From NCBI GenBank assembly GCA_013333395.2, contig JABCOX020000072.1, positions 1 to 29,359 on the forward strand: a stretch of 29,359 bases of DNA. Direction: 5' to 3'. The translations under genes and the position numbers were made by a program. This DNA is from Clostridiales bacterium. Its GTDB lineage: Bacteria; Bacillota; Clostridia; TANB77; CAG-508. The notes under the pieces are model-generated. The model was not told the DNA's origin and searched no databases. It saw nothing but the letters and a program-made list of their open reading frames with translations. Of the stretch, positions 1-7,509 are shown piece after piece; the first letter of the stretch is position 1, and each line of letters opens with the position of its first letter.

Positions 1-518
1 CAGGTGAAAGCATGTTCTTAAGCAAATTTACAGCAACAGAAGATGGATCAAAAATTTCATTCTCATCATCATTCCCAGGAGAAATCTTAGCAGTAGATGT
101 AACACCAGAAAAATCATACATTATTCAAAAAAGTGCATATTTAGCATCAGAAGAAGGTGTAGAATTAAGCACACATTTCCAAAAGAAATTAGGAGCTGGA
201 TTCTTTGGTGGAGAAGGTTTCATCATGAATAAATTAACAGGAAAAGGAACAGCGTTTGTTGAAATCGATGGAACATCAATTGAATATGATTTAAAAGCAG
301 GTGAAGAAATCATTATAGCAACAGGACATTTAGCAATGATGGAATCAACATGTACTATGGACATTAAAGGTGTAAAAGGACTAGGAAATGTACTATTTGG
401 GGGAGAAGGAATTTTCAACACAGTAGTAAGAGGACCTGGAAAAGTAATAATGCAAACAATGACAATTGGAGAATTATCAGCAAGAATTGCACCATATATG
501 GCATATAGAGGAAGATAA
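1..518 (+). CDS. AIM24/TIGR00266 family protein, 5'-truncated by the window edge
   Basis: Frame is open from position 3 (GESMFLSKF). Repeated FGGEG motifs (GFFGGEGFIMNKLTGKG, LFGGEGIFNTVVRGPGKV) are typical of AIM24-like proteins. Confidence 0.85.
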   Translation, partial: GESMFLSKFTATEDGSKISFSSSFPGEILAVDVTPEKSYIIQKSAYLASEEGVELSTHFQKKLGAGFFGGEGFIMNKLTGKGTAFVEIDGTSIEYDLKAGEEIIIATGHLAMMESTCTMDIKGVKGLGNVLFGGEGIFNTVVRGPGKVIMQTMTIGELSARIAPYMAYRGR

Positions 519-533
519 TAGGTAGGAGAAAAA

Positions 534-1625
534 ATGTCTAACATAAATGATTATCTAAAATGGAGAGGAGATATATCTCTAAAACATGATGAATTAAATG
601 AAATTGATGAATTAATTTTAGCAAGATATTCATACTTTCCATTTTTCAAGATAGAAATGGAATCAGAAGAAACAATTAGTGACATCTCAAAAAAAATGTC
701 TAAATTTAAAGATGATGAATACAATTATCTTGGTGACAGAGAGATGAATGCACTAATTGGAAAGTCAGTACGATTTAAGAATTTAAAAGTTACAGATTAC
801 AAAGAAAGTAATGATCAAGAGGAAGAAAAGCAATTTTCTGCAATTACTATTACATTAAACGATGAACTAAAATATATTTCGTTTTTAGGAACTGATAAAT
901 CAATCATAGGTTGGAAAGAAGATTTTAATTTATCATTTACACAAGACATTCCTGCGCAAATAGAAGCATTAAAATATGCAAATAATATGATGAAAAAATA
1001 TCCAAATTCAAAATTTATTTTTGGAGGACATTCTAAAGGAGGAAACATTGCTATTTACGCAGCAATAAATTCTTCTTTAGAAAATAAATCAAGAATTCTA
1101 AAAGTATTAAATTACGACGGACCAGGATTTCCAGAAGAAATTATTGAATCAGATAAATTCAATCAAATAAAAGAAAAAATACATACCTACCTACCACAAG
1201 AATCCATAATTGGTAGAATTATGGATCAAGGGGGCAAGGTAACAGTAGTAACAAGTACAGAAAAAAATATTTATCAACATGATATTTATTCATGGCAATT
1301 AATTGCTAAGAAATTTAACAAACGAAACAAACCAAATCAAAAAAGTGAAATAGTATATAAATCACTAAGAAAATATCTTCGTGAAACAGAAGCCGAAAAT
1401 AGAAAGAAAGCAATAGATTTGATATTTAAAATATTTATAGATTCTGAATTTGAAACTTTTGCAGAAATAGGTGAAAATAAAGTAGAAAATATTATGAAAA
1501 TAATAGGACAAGTACGCGAATTAAAAAAAGAAGATAAAGATTTGATTGTTAAAATGCTAAGTGAATTAGCAAAAACTTATATATCGACAAGAACAAAAGA
1601 CATGAAAAAAAGAAGAAAAAAATAG
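534..1625 (+). CDS. DUF2974 / Mbeg1-like alpha/beta-hydrolase (putative lipase)
   Basis: N-terminal YLKWRGD, FLGTDKSIIGWKEDF, nucleophile elbow GHSKGGNIA, DGPGF and QHDIYSW. AGGAG RBS upstream. Confidence 0.85.
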   Translation: MSNINDYLKWRGDISLKHDELNEIDELILARYSYFPFFKIEMESEETISDISKKMSKFKDDEYNYLGDREMNALIGKSVRFKNLKVTDYKESNDQEEEKQFSAITITLNDELKYISFLGTDKSIIGWKEDFNLSFTQDIPAQIEALKYANNMMKKYPNSKFIFGGHSKGGNIAIYAAINSSLENKSRILKVLNYDGPGFPEEIIESDKFNQIKEKIHTYLPQESIIGRIMDQGGKVTVVTSTEKNIYQHDIYSWQLIAKKFNKRNKPNQKSEIVYKSLRKYLRETEAENRKKAIDLIFKIFIDSEFETFAEIGENKVENIMKIIGQVRELKKEDKDLIVKMLSELAKTYISTRTKDMKKRRKK

Positions 1626-1636
1626 GAGAATATTAA

Positions 1637-3217
1637 ATGTTAACAGCAAATGGAGTATCAGTAAGATTCGGAAAAAGAAGCTTATTTGAAGACGTAAATT
1701 TGAAATTCAATAAAGGATGTTGTTATGGAATAATAGGTGCAAATGGTGCCGGAAAATCAACATTTTTAAAAGTATTATCAGGAGAATTGGAACCAAGTAA
1801 AGGCGAAGTAAGCAAAGATAAAACAGAAAGAATTTCTGTTTTAAAACAAAATCACTTTGAATTCGAAGACAAAAGCGTAATTGATACAGTAATAATGGGA
1901 AATAAGGAATTATACGAAATCAAAAATGAAAAAGATATGATTTATGCAAAGCCAGAATTCACAGAAGAAGACGGAATGATTGCGGCAAGACTTGAAGAAA
2001 GATTTGCAGAGTTGGACGGATGGAATGCAGAATCAGATGCAGAAACATTATTAAATGATTTAGGAATAAAACCAGAAGACCATTATAAGCTAATGTCAGA
2101 ATTAGAACCAAAGGATAAAGTTAAAGTATTATTAGCACAAGCACTATTTGGAAATCCAGATATTTTACTATTAGACGAACCTACAAACGATTTAGACTTA
2201 AAATCAATAGGATGGTTACAAGAATTTTTAATTAATTTTGAAAACACAGTAATTGTAGTATCACACGATAGATATTTTTTAAATAAAGTATGTACTCACA
2301 TTTGTGATGTGGATTATGGGGAAATAAAATTATATCCAGGAAATTATGATTTCTGGTATGAATCAAGCCAATTAATTCAAAAACAAATGAGAGAGCAAAA
2401 CAAGAAAAAAGAAGAAAAAATAAAAGAACTTCAAGAATTCATTCAAAGATTCAGTGCAAACGCATCAAAATCAAAACAAGCAACATCAAGAAAAAAATCA
2501 CTTGAAAAAATTGAATTGGAAGAAATAAAACCATCAAACAGAAGATATCCATATGTAGATTTCAAACCAGACAGAATGCCAGGAAATGAAATATTACAAG
2601 TTGAAGGAATCAGCAAAACATTAAATGGTGAAAAAATATTAAATAATGTTTCATTTAAAGTAAAAGAAAATGATAAAATCGCATTTTTAGCAGATAATGA
2701 AAATGCAATGACATTATTATTCCAAATCATTGCAGGAGAAGTTGAACCAGATGAAGGAACAATCAAATGGGGAACAACAATAACACATAGTTATTTCCCT
2801 AAAGACAACAACTATTTGTTCACAGGAAATGAAAGCATAACAGACTGGTTAAGACAATACTCAAAAGATCCAGATGAAACATATGTAAGAAGTTTCCTAG
2901 GAAGAATGTTATTCTCAGGAGAAGAAGCATTGAAAAAAGTAAATGTAATCTCAGGAGGAGAAAAGGTTAGATGTGTTCTATCAAAAATGATGTTATCAGG
3001 AGCGAATTTCTTGATAATGGATGAACCAACAAACCATTTAGATATGGAATCGATAACAGCATTGAACGAAGGAATGGAAAAATTCAAAGGAAATATGTTA
3101 TTTACATCACACGACCATCAATTAATGCAAACAGTAGCAAACAGAATAATTGATATAAAAGCAGACGGAATAATAGACAAAGAAATGACATATAATGAAT
3201 ACTTAGAAATAGAATAA
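1637..3217 (+). CDS. ABC-F family ATPase (YbiT/YkpA-like ribosome-associated protein)
   Basis: Two NBDs with no TM segments. GANGAGKS, LLLDEPTN, VVSHDRYFL, YPGNYDFW linker, ISGGEK, MDEPTNHLD, TSHD. Confidence 0.92.
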   Translation: MLTANGVSVRFGKRSLFEDVNLKFNKGCCYGIIGANGAGKSTFLKVLSGELEPSKGEVSKDKTERISVLKQNHFEFEDKSVIDTVIMGNKELYEIKNEKDMIYAKPEFTEEDGMIAARLEERFAELDGWNAESDAETLLNDLGIKPEDHYKLMSELEPKDKVKVLLAQALFGNPDILLLDEPTNDLDLKSIGWLQEFLINFENTVIVVSHDRYFLNKVCTHICDVDYGEIKLYPGNYDFWYESSQLIQKQMREQNKKKEEKIKELQEFIQRFSANASKSKQATSRKKSLEKIELEEIKPSNRRYPYVDFKPDRMPGNEILQVEGISKTLNGEKILNNVSFKVKENDKIAFLADNENAMTLLFQIIAGEVEPDEGTIKWGTTITHSYFPKDNNYLFTGNESITDWLRQYSKDPDETYVRSFLGRMLFSGEEALKKVNVISGGEKVRCVLSKMMLSGANFLIMDEPTNHLDMESITALNEGMEKFKGNMLFTSHDHQLMQTVANRIIDIKADGIIDKEMTYNEYLEIE

Positions 3218-3222
3218 CAAAA

Positions 3223-3258
3223 AAGCATGTATTTTAAAAATAAATTAAATACATGCTT
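3223..3258. terminator. Hairpin between the convergent ABC-F and HD-GYP genes (probable bidirectional terminator)
   Basis: AAGCATGTATTT / AAATACATGCTT 12-bp inverted repeat flanked by A and T runs. Confidence 0.7.
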
Positions 3259-3935
3259 AATTTTTTGGTTTATATTTACTGATAATTTTAGCGATTGACT
3301 CATAATCATTCTCAACAATATCTAAGAAAGCAAACAAAATTCCGTGGATCAAACTGAGTTCCAGAATATTTTTTTAGTTCATCCACAACTTTTTCAAGAG
3401 GAATCACATCCCTATAGCTTCTTCGAGAAGTCATTGCATCAAAAGCATCAACAATTGTGCAGATTCTAGCCAAATAAGGAATATCATGTCCACGCAGTCT
3501 ATTAGGATAACCACTGCCATCAAATTTTTCATGATGATGTAAAATAATAGGCAGACAATCATAGAAAAAATCAGAATTTCCGAGAATTTGAACCCCTACA
3601 ATAGGATGCATTTTTATTTGAGAATATTCTTCATCAGTCAACTTAGATTCTTTAAGTAAAATTGAATCAGGAATACCAATCTTTCCAATATCATGGAATA
3701 ATCCACCAATTTTAAGAGTAATTAAGTCTTTTTTAGGTAGGGCTAATTTTTTACCAAGTAAAACTGAATAAGCAGAAACTCGATCAGAATGACCTCTAGT
3801 ATAAGGATCTTTAGCTTCAACGGTTTGTCTAAGAATTTCAATTGTATCAATATAGTGTTTTTCTATGTCACGAGTGATATCAATAAAATCATCATTTTTA
3901 TCATAAGTATTTGAAGAAAAATCATTATTATTCAT
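3257..3935 (-). CDS. Stand-alone HD-GYP domain phosphodiesterase. In-frame stop is at 3312; the likely true C-terminus is in the +1 frame, ending at 3257.
   Basis: KDPYTRGHSDRV, HDIGKIGIPDSIL, HHHEKFDGSGYP, DAFDAMTS.RSYR, GTQFDP. After FDP the +1 frame reads GILFAFLDIVENDYESIAKIISKYKPKN*. Confidence 0.88.
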
Positions 3936-4021
3936 AAAGTCTCCAATCCTTAAATTTGTATCATTATATCACAAAATTAGACTAAAAAGCTAATAAAAAC
4001 AGATAAAATTACAGAAAATAC

Positions 4022-4050
4022 TTGATTAAATTATGTAAATCGATTAAAAT
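4022..4050 (+). promoter_or_regulatory. Sigma-A-like promoter, cassette 1
   Basis: TTGATT-17 bp-TAAAAT; same architecture in all three cassettes. Confidence 0.7.
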
Positions 4051-4072
4051 AAATTTGTAATTGACTTTTAAA

Positions 4073-4136
4073 AAGCTTTCACGTAACTCATTAACTTGGA
4101 GGCTTGGCCTCCGCAGCAACCTGCAAAGGAGGTAAT
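4073..4136 (+). promoter_or_regulatory. Structured 5' leader (putative translational switch), cassette 1
   Basis: AAGCTTTCA can pair with TGGAGGCTT. GGAGGC pairs with GCCTCC. CCTCCGCAG pairs with CTGC(AAA)GGAGG, which contains the RBS. Confidence 0.6.
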
Positions 4137-4472
4137 ATGCAATCAGAAAATAAGCACAAAATTGAAGGAGTGCTGTTTTCAAGTAGCGAATTGAAAAATA
4201 ACGAGACGGTATTAACCGTCTTAGAGGAAGCAAGAAAGCTTAGAGAAAGGCCAGAAGTTCTTGCAACTCTCGGATACATTCTTGAAAAAACAAACTCTGC
4301 AAAACATACATGGTTTGTAAACCGTATGGTGACGTTAGAGATTTCAAGGACAACTGAACACAAAGGAATTAGGTTTAGAAGATATTCTGAGAAGTTGTAC
4401 AGTGGCGAGGATCTATATTATATTAGGTCCATCTATAGGAGGAAACGCAATAATTGCAAAGAGGAGTGCTAA
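4137..4472 (+). CDS. Hypothetical 111-aa protein, paralog 1 of a tandem family
   Basis: AAAGGAGG RBS before ATG 4137. Aligns with the next two ORFs (GVxF, ATxxxIxxKT, GxRxxRxSxxLxxGED). Confidence 0.8.
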   Translation: MQSENKHKIEGVLFSSSELKNNETVLTVLEEARKLRERPEVLATLGYILEKTNSAKHTWFVNRMVTLEISRTTEHKGIRFRRYSEKLYSGEDLYYIRSIYRRKRNNCKEEC

Positions 4473-4489
4473 ATAGCGCTCCTCTTTTT
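4458..4489 (+). terminator. Intrinsic terminator, cassette 1
   Basis: AAAGAGGAGTGCT / AGCGCTCCTCTTT hairpin followed by a T run. Confidence 0.85.
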
Positions 4490-4506
4490 ATAATTAATTA
4501 AAGAAC

Positions 4507-4535
4507 TTGCAAAATTTATGTAAAATTGATAAAAT
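4507..4535 (+). promoter_or_regulatory. Sigma-A-like promoter, cassette 2
   Basis: TTGCAA-17 bp-TAAAAT. Confidence 0.7.
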
Positions 4536-4559
4536 AAATCGGTAATCAATTTTTTTGTA

Positions 4560-4623
4560 GAGCTTTCATGTAACTCGTTAAGTTGGAGGCTTGGCCTCCA
4601 AAGCAACCTGCAAAGGAGGAAAA
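4560..4623 (+). promoter_or_regulatory. Structured 5' leader (putative translational switch), cassette 2
   Basis: GAGCTTTCA pairs with TGGAGGCTT; TTGGAGGC pairs with GCCTCCAA; CCTCC can alternatively pair with the RBS GGAGG. Confidence 0.6.
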
Positions 4624-4962
4624 ATGCAGAAAAGAGAACTCAGCAAAGTTGAAGGAGTACTATTTGCAAGCTATGAGCTTGAAAATGACGACTTCAAGAA
4701 GAAGGTGTTGAAAGAGGCCGAGAGTCTGAAAGAGAGACCGGAAGGTTTAGCAACTAGAGGATACATATTTCAGAAGACCAAAAGTGGACTTCATACGAGA
4801 TTTGTAGCAAGACTGGAAAGACTAGAACTTGGACGCTCAATAGATTTTGCTGGAGTAAGATATAAGAGAGTATCTGAAAGTCTTTTTGTAGGAGAGGACA
4901 TTTACATGTTACACTCCAGATACAGATGCAAAAAGATGGACGTATGGGAAGAGGGCACTTAA
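4624..4962 (+). CDS. Hypothetical 112-aa protein, paralog 2
   Basis: AAAGGAGG RBS before ATG 4624. KVEGVLF, LKERPEGLATRGYI and GEDIY match paralog 1. Confidence 0.8.
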   Translation: MQKRELSKVEGVLFASYELENDDFKKKVLKEAESLKERPEGLATRGYIFQKTKSGLHTRFVARLERLELGRSIDFAGVRYKRVSESLFVGEDIYMLHSRYRCKKMDVWEEGT

Positions 4963-4978
4963 TAGTGCTCTCTTTTTT
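4949..4978 (+). terminator. Intrinsic terminator, cassette 2
   Basis: AAGAGGGCACT-TAAT-AGTGCTCTCTT followed by a T run. Confidence 0.85.
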
Positions 4979-4988
4979 ATATAAAAGC

Positions 4989-5016
4989 TTGAAAAATTAT
5001 GTAAATAAGTTAAAAT
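4989..5016 (+). promoter_or_regulatory. Sigma-A-like promoter, cassette 3
   Basis: TTGAAA-16 bp-TAAAAT with the same TTATGTAAA spacer motif. Confidence 0.65.
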
Positions 5017-5038
5017 AAACTAGTAAGCTATTTAGAAA

Positions 5039-5101
5039 AGCTTTCAAGGGAACTTGGAGGCTGCATAAGCCTCCTTAACAAATGTTGCATGGAGGTTCAA
5101 T
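5039..5101 (+). promoter_or_regulatory. Structured 5' leader (putative translational switch), cassette 3
   Basis: AGCTTTCAAG-GGAA-CTTGGAGGCT 10-bp stem with a GNRA loop. Alternative GGAGGCT / AGCCTCC stem. CCTCC can pair with the RBS GGAGG at 5091-5095. Confidence 0.6.
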
Positions 5102-5413
5102 ATGCAATATAAAATCATAAATGGAGTAATCTTCTCAGAATTTGAAATAAATGATAAAGAGAAGATTAAAAAAGTCTTGAAAGATGTTCAGGTCTTAAAT
5201 GACCGAACAAAGACTTTTGCAACGTTAAAGGGAATTTTGGAAAAGACAAGGCTAGATCATGATTCGGCCTTTATTCAACGCCTGGTCAGACTAGATATTT
5301 CCAGAACCACAGATTATCTTGGGGTAAGGTATACCAGACACTCCAAGCTCTTGTATAGTGGAGAAGATTTACATTATCTTCGAAAACTATACTTAGAGGG
5401 TAAACTGGTATAA
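5102..5413 (+). CDS. Hypothetical 103-aa protein, paralog 3
   Basis: GGAGG RBS. INGVIFS, ATLKGILEKT, ISRTT and LYSGEDL are shared with paralog 1. Confidence 0.8.
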   Translation: MQYKIINGVIFSEFEINDKEKIKKVLKDVQVLNDRTKTFATLKGILEKTRLDHDSAFIQRLVRLDISRTTDYLGVRYTRHSKLLYSGEDLHYLRKLYLEGKLV

Positions 5414-5414
5414 A

Positions 5415-5443
5415 AAAAGGGAGCACTGAATAGTGCTCTTTTT
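5415..5443 (+). terminator. Intrinsic terminator, cassette 3
   Basis: GGGAGCACT-GAAT-AGTGCTCTT followed by a T run. Confidence 0.85.
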
Positions 5444-5456
5444 CAGTTAAATACCA

Positions 5457-5485
5457 TTGAAATAGATTAATAAAAAATATATAAT
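5457..5485 (+). promoter_or_regulatory. Sigma-A promoter of the acyl-CoA synthetase gene
   Basis: TTGAAA-17 bp-TATAAT. Confidence 0.75.
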
Positions 5486-5512
5486 GAATTCAAATGAAAA
5501 GGGGTGTAATAA

Positions 5513-7242
5513 ATGGCAAAAATAGAAGAGAAAAGAAAATTAAATAATTTTAGAGAATTAATTGATTATACAGAAGAAACATATGGAGACAATATTTGCT
5601 ATAAATACAAGAAAGACATCAAAGAAAAACCTGCAACAATCATAGAAACTAGTTTTAAAACAGTTGCAACTAAAGTTAGAGGATTAGCAACATTTATATT
5701 AAATTATGAAAAAGAAATGAAAAGAATTGTCGTAATCGGCGATAATAGCGAAAAATGGGTGGAAGGATATTTAGGAGTAGCAACATCAGGAAAAATTGTT
5801 GCTCCGATGGATAAATTACTACCAGAAAAAGAAATAGAGTCTTTATTAAAAAGAAGTGATATAGATGCTGTTATAACAGACAAAAACCATTTAGAAATAT
5901 TTACAAGATTAAGAGACAAAAAAGACAATAAATTAGAAACAATAATTTGTATGGAAAAAGTAAATATTAAAGACATAATTGACATGGAAACAGCAATTGA
6001 AGAAGGCCTTAAATTACTTGAAATGGCGATAAAAAATACAATGAAGTTGAAATAAAAGATGATGAAATGAATATAATGTTATTTACATCAGGAACAACTG
6101 ATAAATCAAAAATTGTAATGCTAACACAAGCAGGAATAATGTCAAATGTATACAGTATTCAATTCCATGTAGAAATAACAACAAAAGACACATTACTATC
6201 GTTTTTACCAATACACCACACATTTGAAAACACAATTACAATTTTATTATCAATGTATAAAGGCGGAACAGTAGCATTCTGTGATGGGTTAAGATATATA
6301 GCAGATAACTTGAAAGAGTACAAAATAACAATATTTGTCGCAGTTCCACTGGTAATGGAAACAATGTACAAAAAGATTCAAAAAGGACTAGCTGAAAAAG
6401 GAAAAGACAAGTTAATAGCTAAAATGATAAAAATATCAAACGCACTATTAAAATTACACATTGACTTAAGAAAAGTAATATTTAAACCAATACATGCAGT
6501 ATTTGGAGGGCATTTAAAGAAAGTTCTATACGGATCAGCAAGTATTTCCAAAGATACAATAACTGCTTATAATAATTGGGGAATTAATTTAATACAAGGA
6601 TATGGATTAACAGAAACATCTCCAGTATTAACAGCAGAAAGTGAAACAAGACATAAGATAGGATCTGCCGGATTCTGCATATTGAATCAAGAATTGAAAA
6701 TAGAAAATCCAGATAAAGATGGAATCGGTGAAATCGTAGCAAAAGGAAAAAATATCATGTTAGGATATTATAATGATGAAGAAAAAACAAAAGAAGCATT
6801 CACAGAAGATGGATTTTTCAAAACAGGGGACTATGGATACATAGACAAAGATGGATTTTTATTTATAACAGGTAGAAAAAAAGACATAATTGTACTAAAA
6901 AATGGAAAAAATGTATATCCACAAGAGCTAGAATTTTTAATAACAAAATTAGATTATGTATTAGAATGTATCGTATTTCCAAGGAACAAAGATAAAACAG
7001 ACACAGTAATTCAAGCAAAAATCGTATATGATAAAGATAGAATAAAACAAATATATGGAGAAAAAACCGAAGAAGAATATAAAAAAGATATATGGAAAGA
7101 TATTAAAGAAATCAATAAAGATTTAGTAACATACAAACATATCAAAGAAATAGAAATAACAGACATCCCTATGGAAAAAACAACAACACAAAAAATTAAA
7201 AGATATGTAGAAATAGAAAAAGAAAAAGAAAATAAAAAATAA
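5513..7242 (+). pseudogene. Long-chain fatty acid-CoA ligase (AMP-binding), split by a single-base frameshift near 6021-6023
   Basis: 5513..6055 is the N-terminal part. 6067..7242 has LFTSGTT, QGYGLTET, FKTGD and GRKKDIIVLKNGKNVYPQELE. Adding one A gives LLENGDKKYNEVEIKDDEMNIMLFTSGTT. May be a sequencing error rather than a true pseudogene. Confidence 0.8.
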
Positions 7243-7247
7243 AACAG

Positions 7248-7274
7248 ATCCAGTATGTATTTTGCATACTGGAT
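7248..7274 (+). terminator. Hairpin after the acyl-CoA synthetase gene
   Basis: ATCCAGTATG / CATACTGGAT inverted repeat. Confidence 0.6.
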
Positions 7275-7291
7275 TAATTAACATACAAAAT

Positions 7292-7318
7292 AAAAAGCAC
7301 CATTAAGATGGTGCTTTT
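7292..7318 (-). terminator. Terminator immediately 3' of the tRNA (likely bidirectional)
   Basis: AAAAGCACCAT-TAAG-ATGGTGCTTTT. Confidence 0.7.
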
Positions 7319-7394
7319 GGTGCAACAGGAGGGATTCGAACCCCCGACCTCTCGGTTCGTAGCCGAGTACTCTATCCAGCTAAGCTACTGTTGC
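7318..7394 (-). tRNA. tRNA-Arg (ACG)
   Basis: Reverse complement GCAACAG...CTCGG-CTACGAA-CCGAG...GGTTCGAATCC...CTGTTGC-ACCA folds as a cloverleaf with encoded CCA. Upstream TTGTTT-17-TATAAT on the minus strand. Confidence 0.96.
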
Positions 7395-7509
7395 ATATTA
7401 AATAACAATCACATTATACAAGAAATAAATGCAAAAAACAATAAAAACAAGAGAAATATTGAGAAAAAAAGAAAAATGTGGTAATATAAAAGATATATGG
7501 GGAGCAAAA

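Noticed and set aside
3118..3318. 66-aa minus-strand ORF after the HD-GYP gene
   Set aside because: It crosses the terminator and overlaps the ABC-F 3' end. It is not the frame that completes the HD-GYP domain.
4104..4136. TTG starts at 4104 and 4591 giving MAS.ATCKGG extensions
   Set aside because: The upstream GGAGG is only 1 nt from TTG, a strong RBS precedes the ATGs at 4137 and 4624, and copy 3 lacks the extension. The conservation is better explained by RNA structure.
4137..5413. Classical type I membrane toxin
   Set aside because: The proteins exceed 100 aa, are hydrophilic and have no TM helix. No antisense promoter was identified. Only the leader logic is reminiscent.
4022..5443. 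CRISPR array or integron cassette array
   Set aside because: The period is ~485 bp with paralogous genes rather than unique spacers. No cas genes or integrase are present, I could not identify attC R/L boxes, and each unit has its own promoter.
7318..7394. tRNA-Arg as an integration site, or as a recoding tRNA
   Set aside because: No duplicated tRNA 3' end or integrase is seen in the window. The anticodon loop is a normal 7 nt with ACG.
7429..7509. N-terminal extension of the Nudix ORF
   Set aside because: It overlaps the divergent promoters and has no RBS; ATG 7510 has one.
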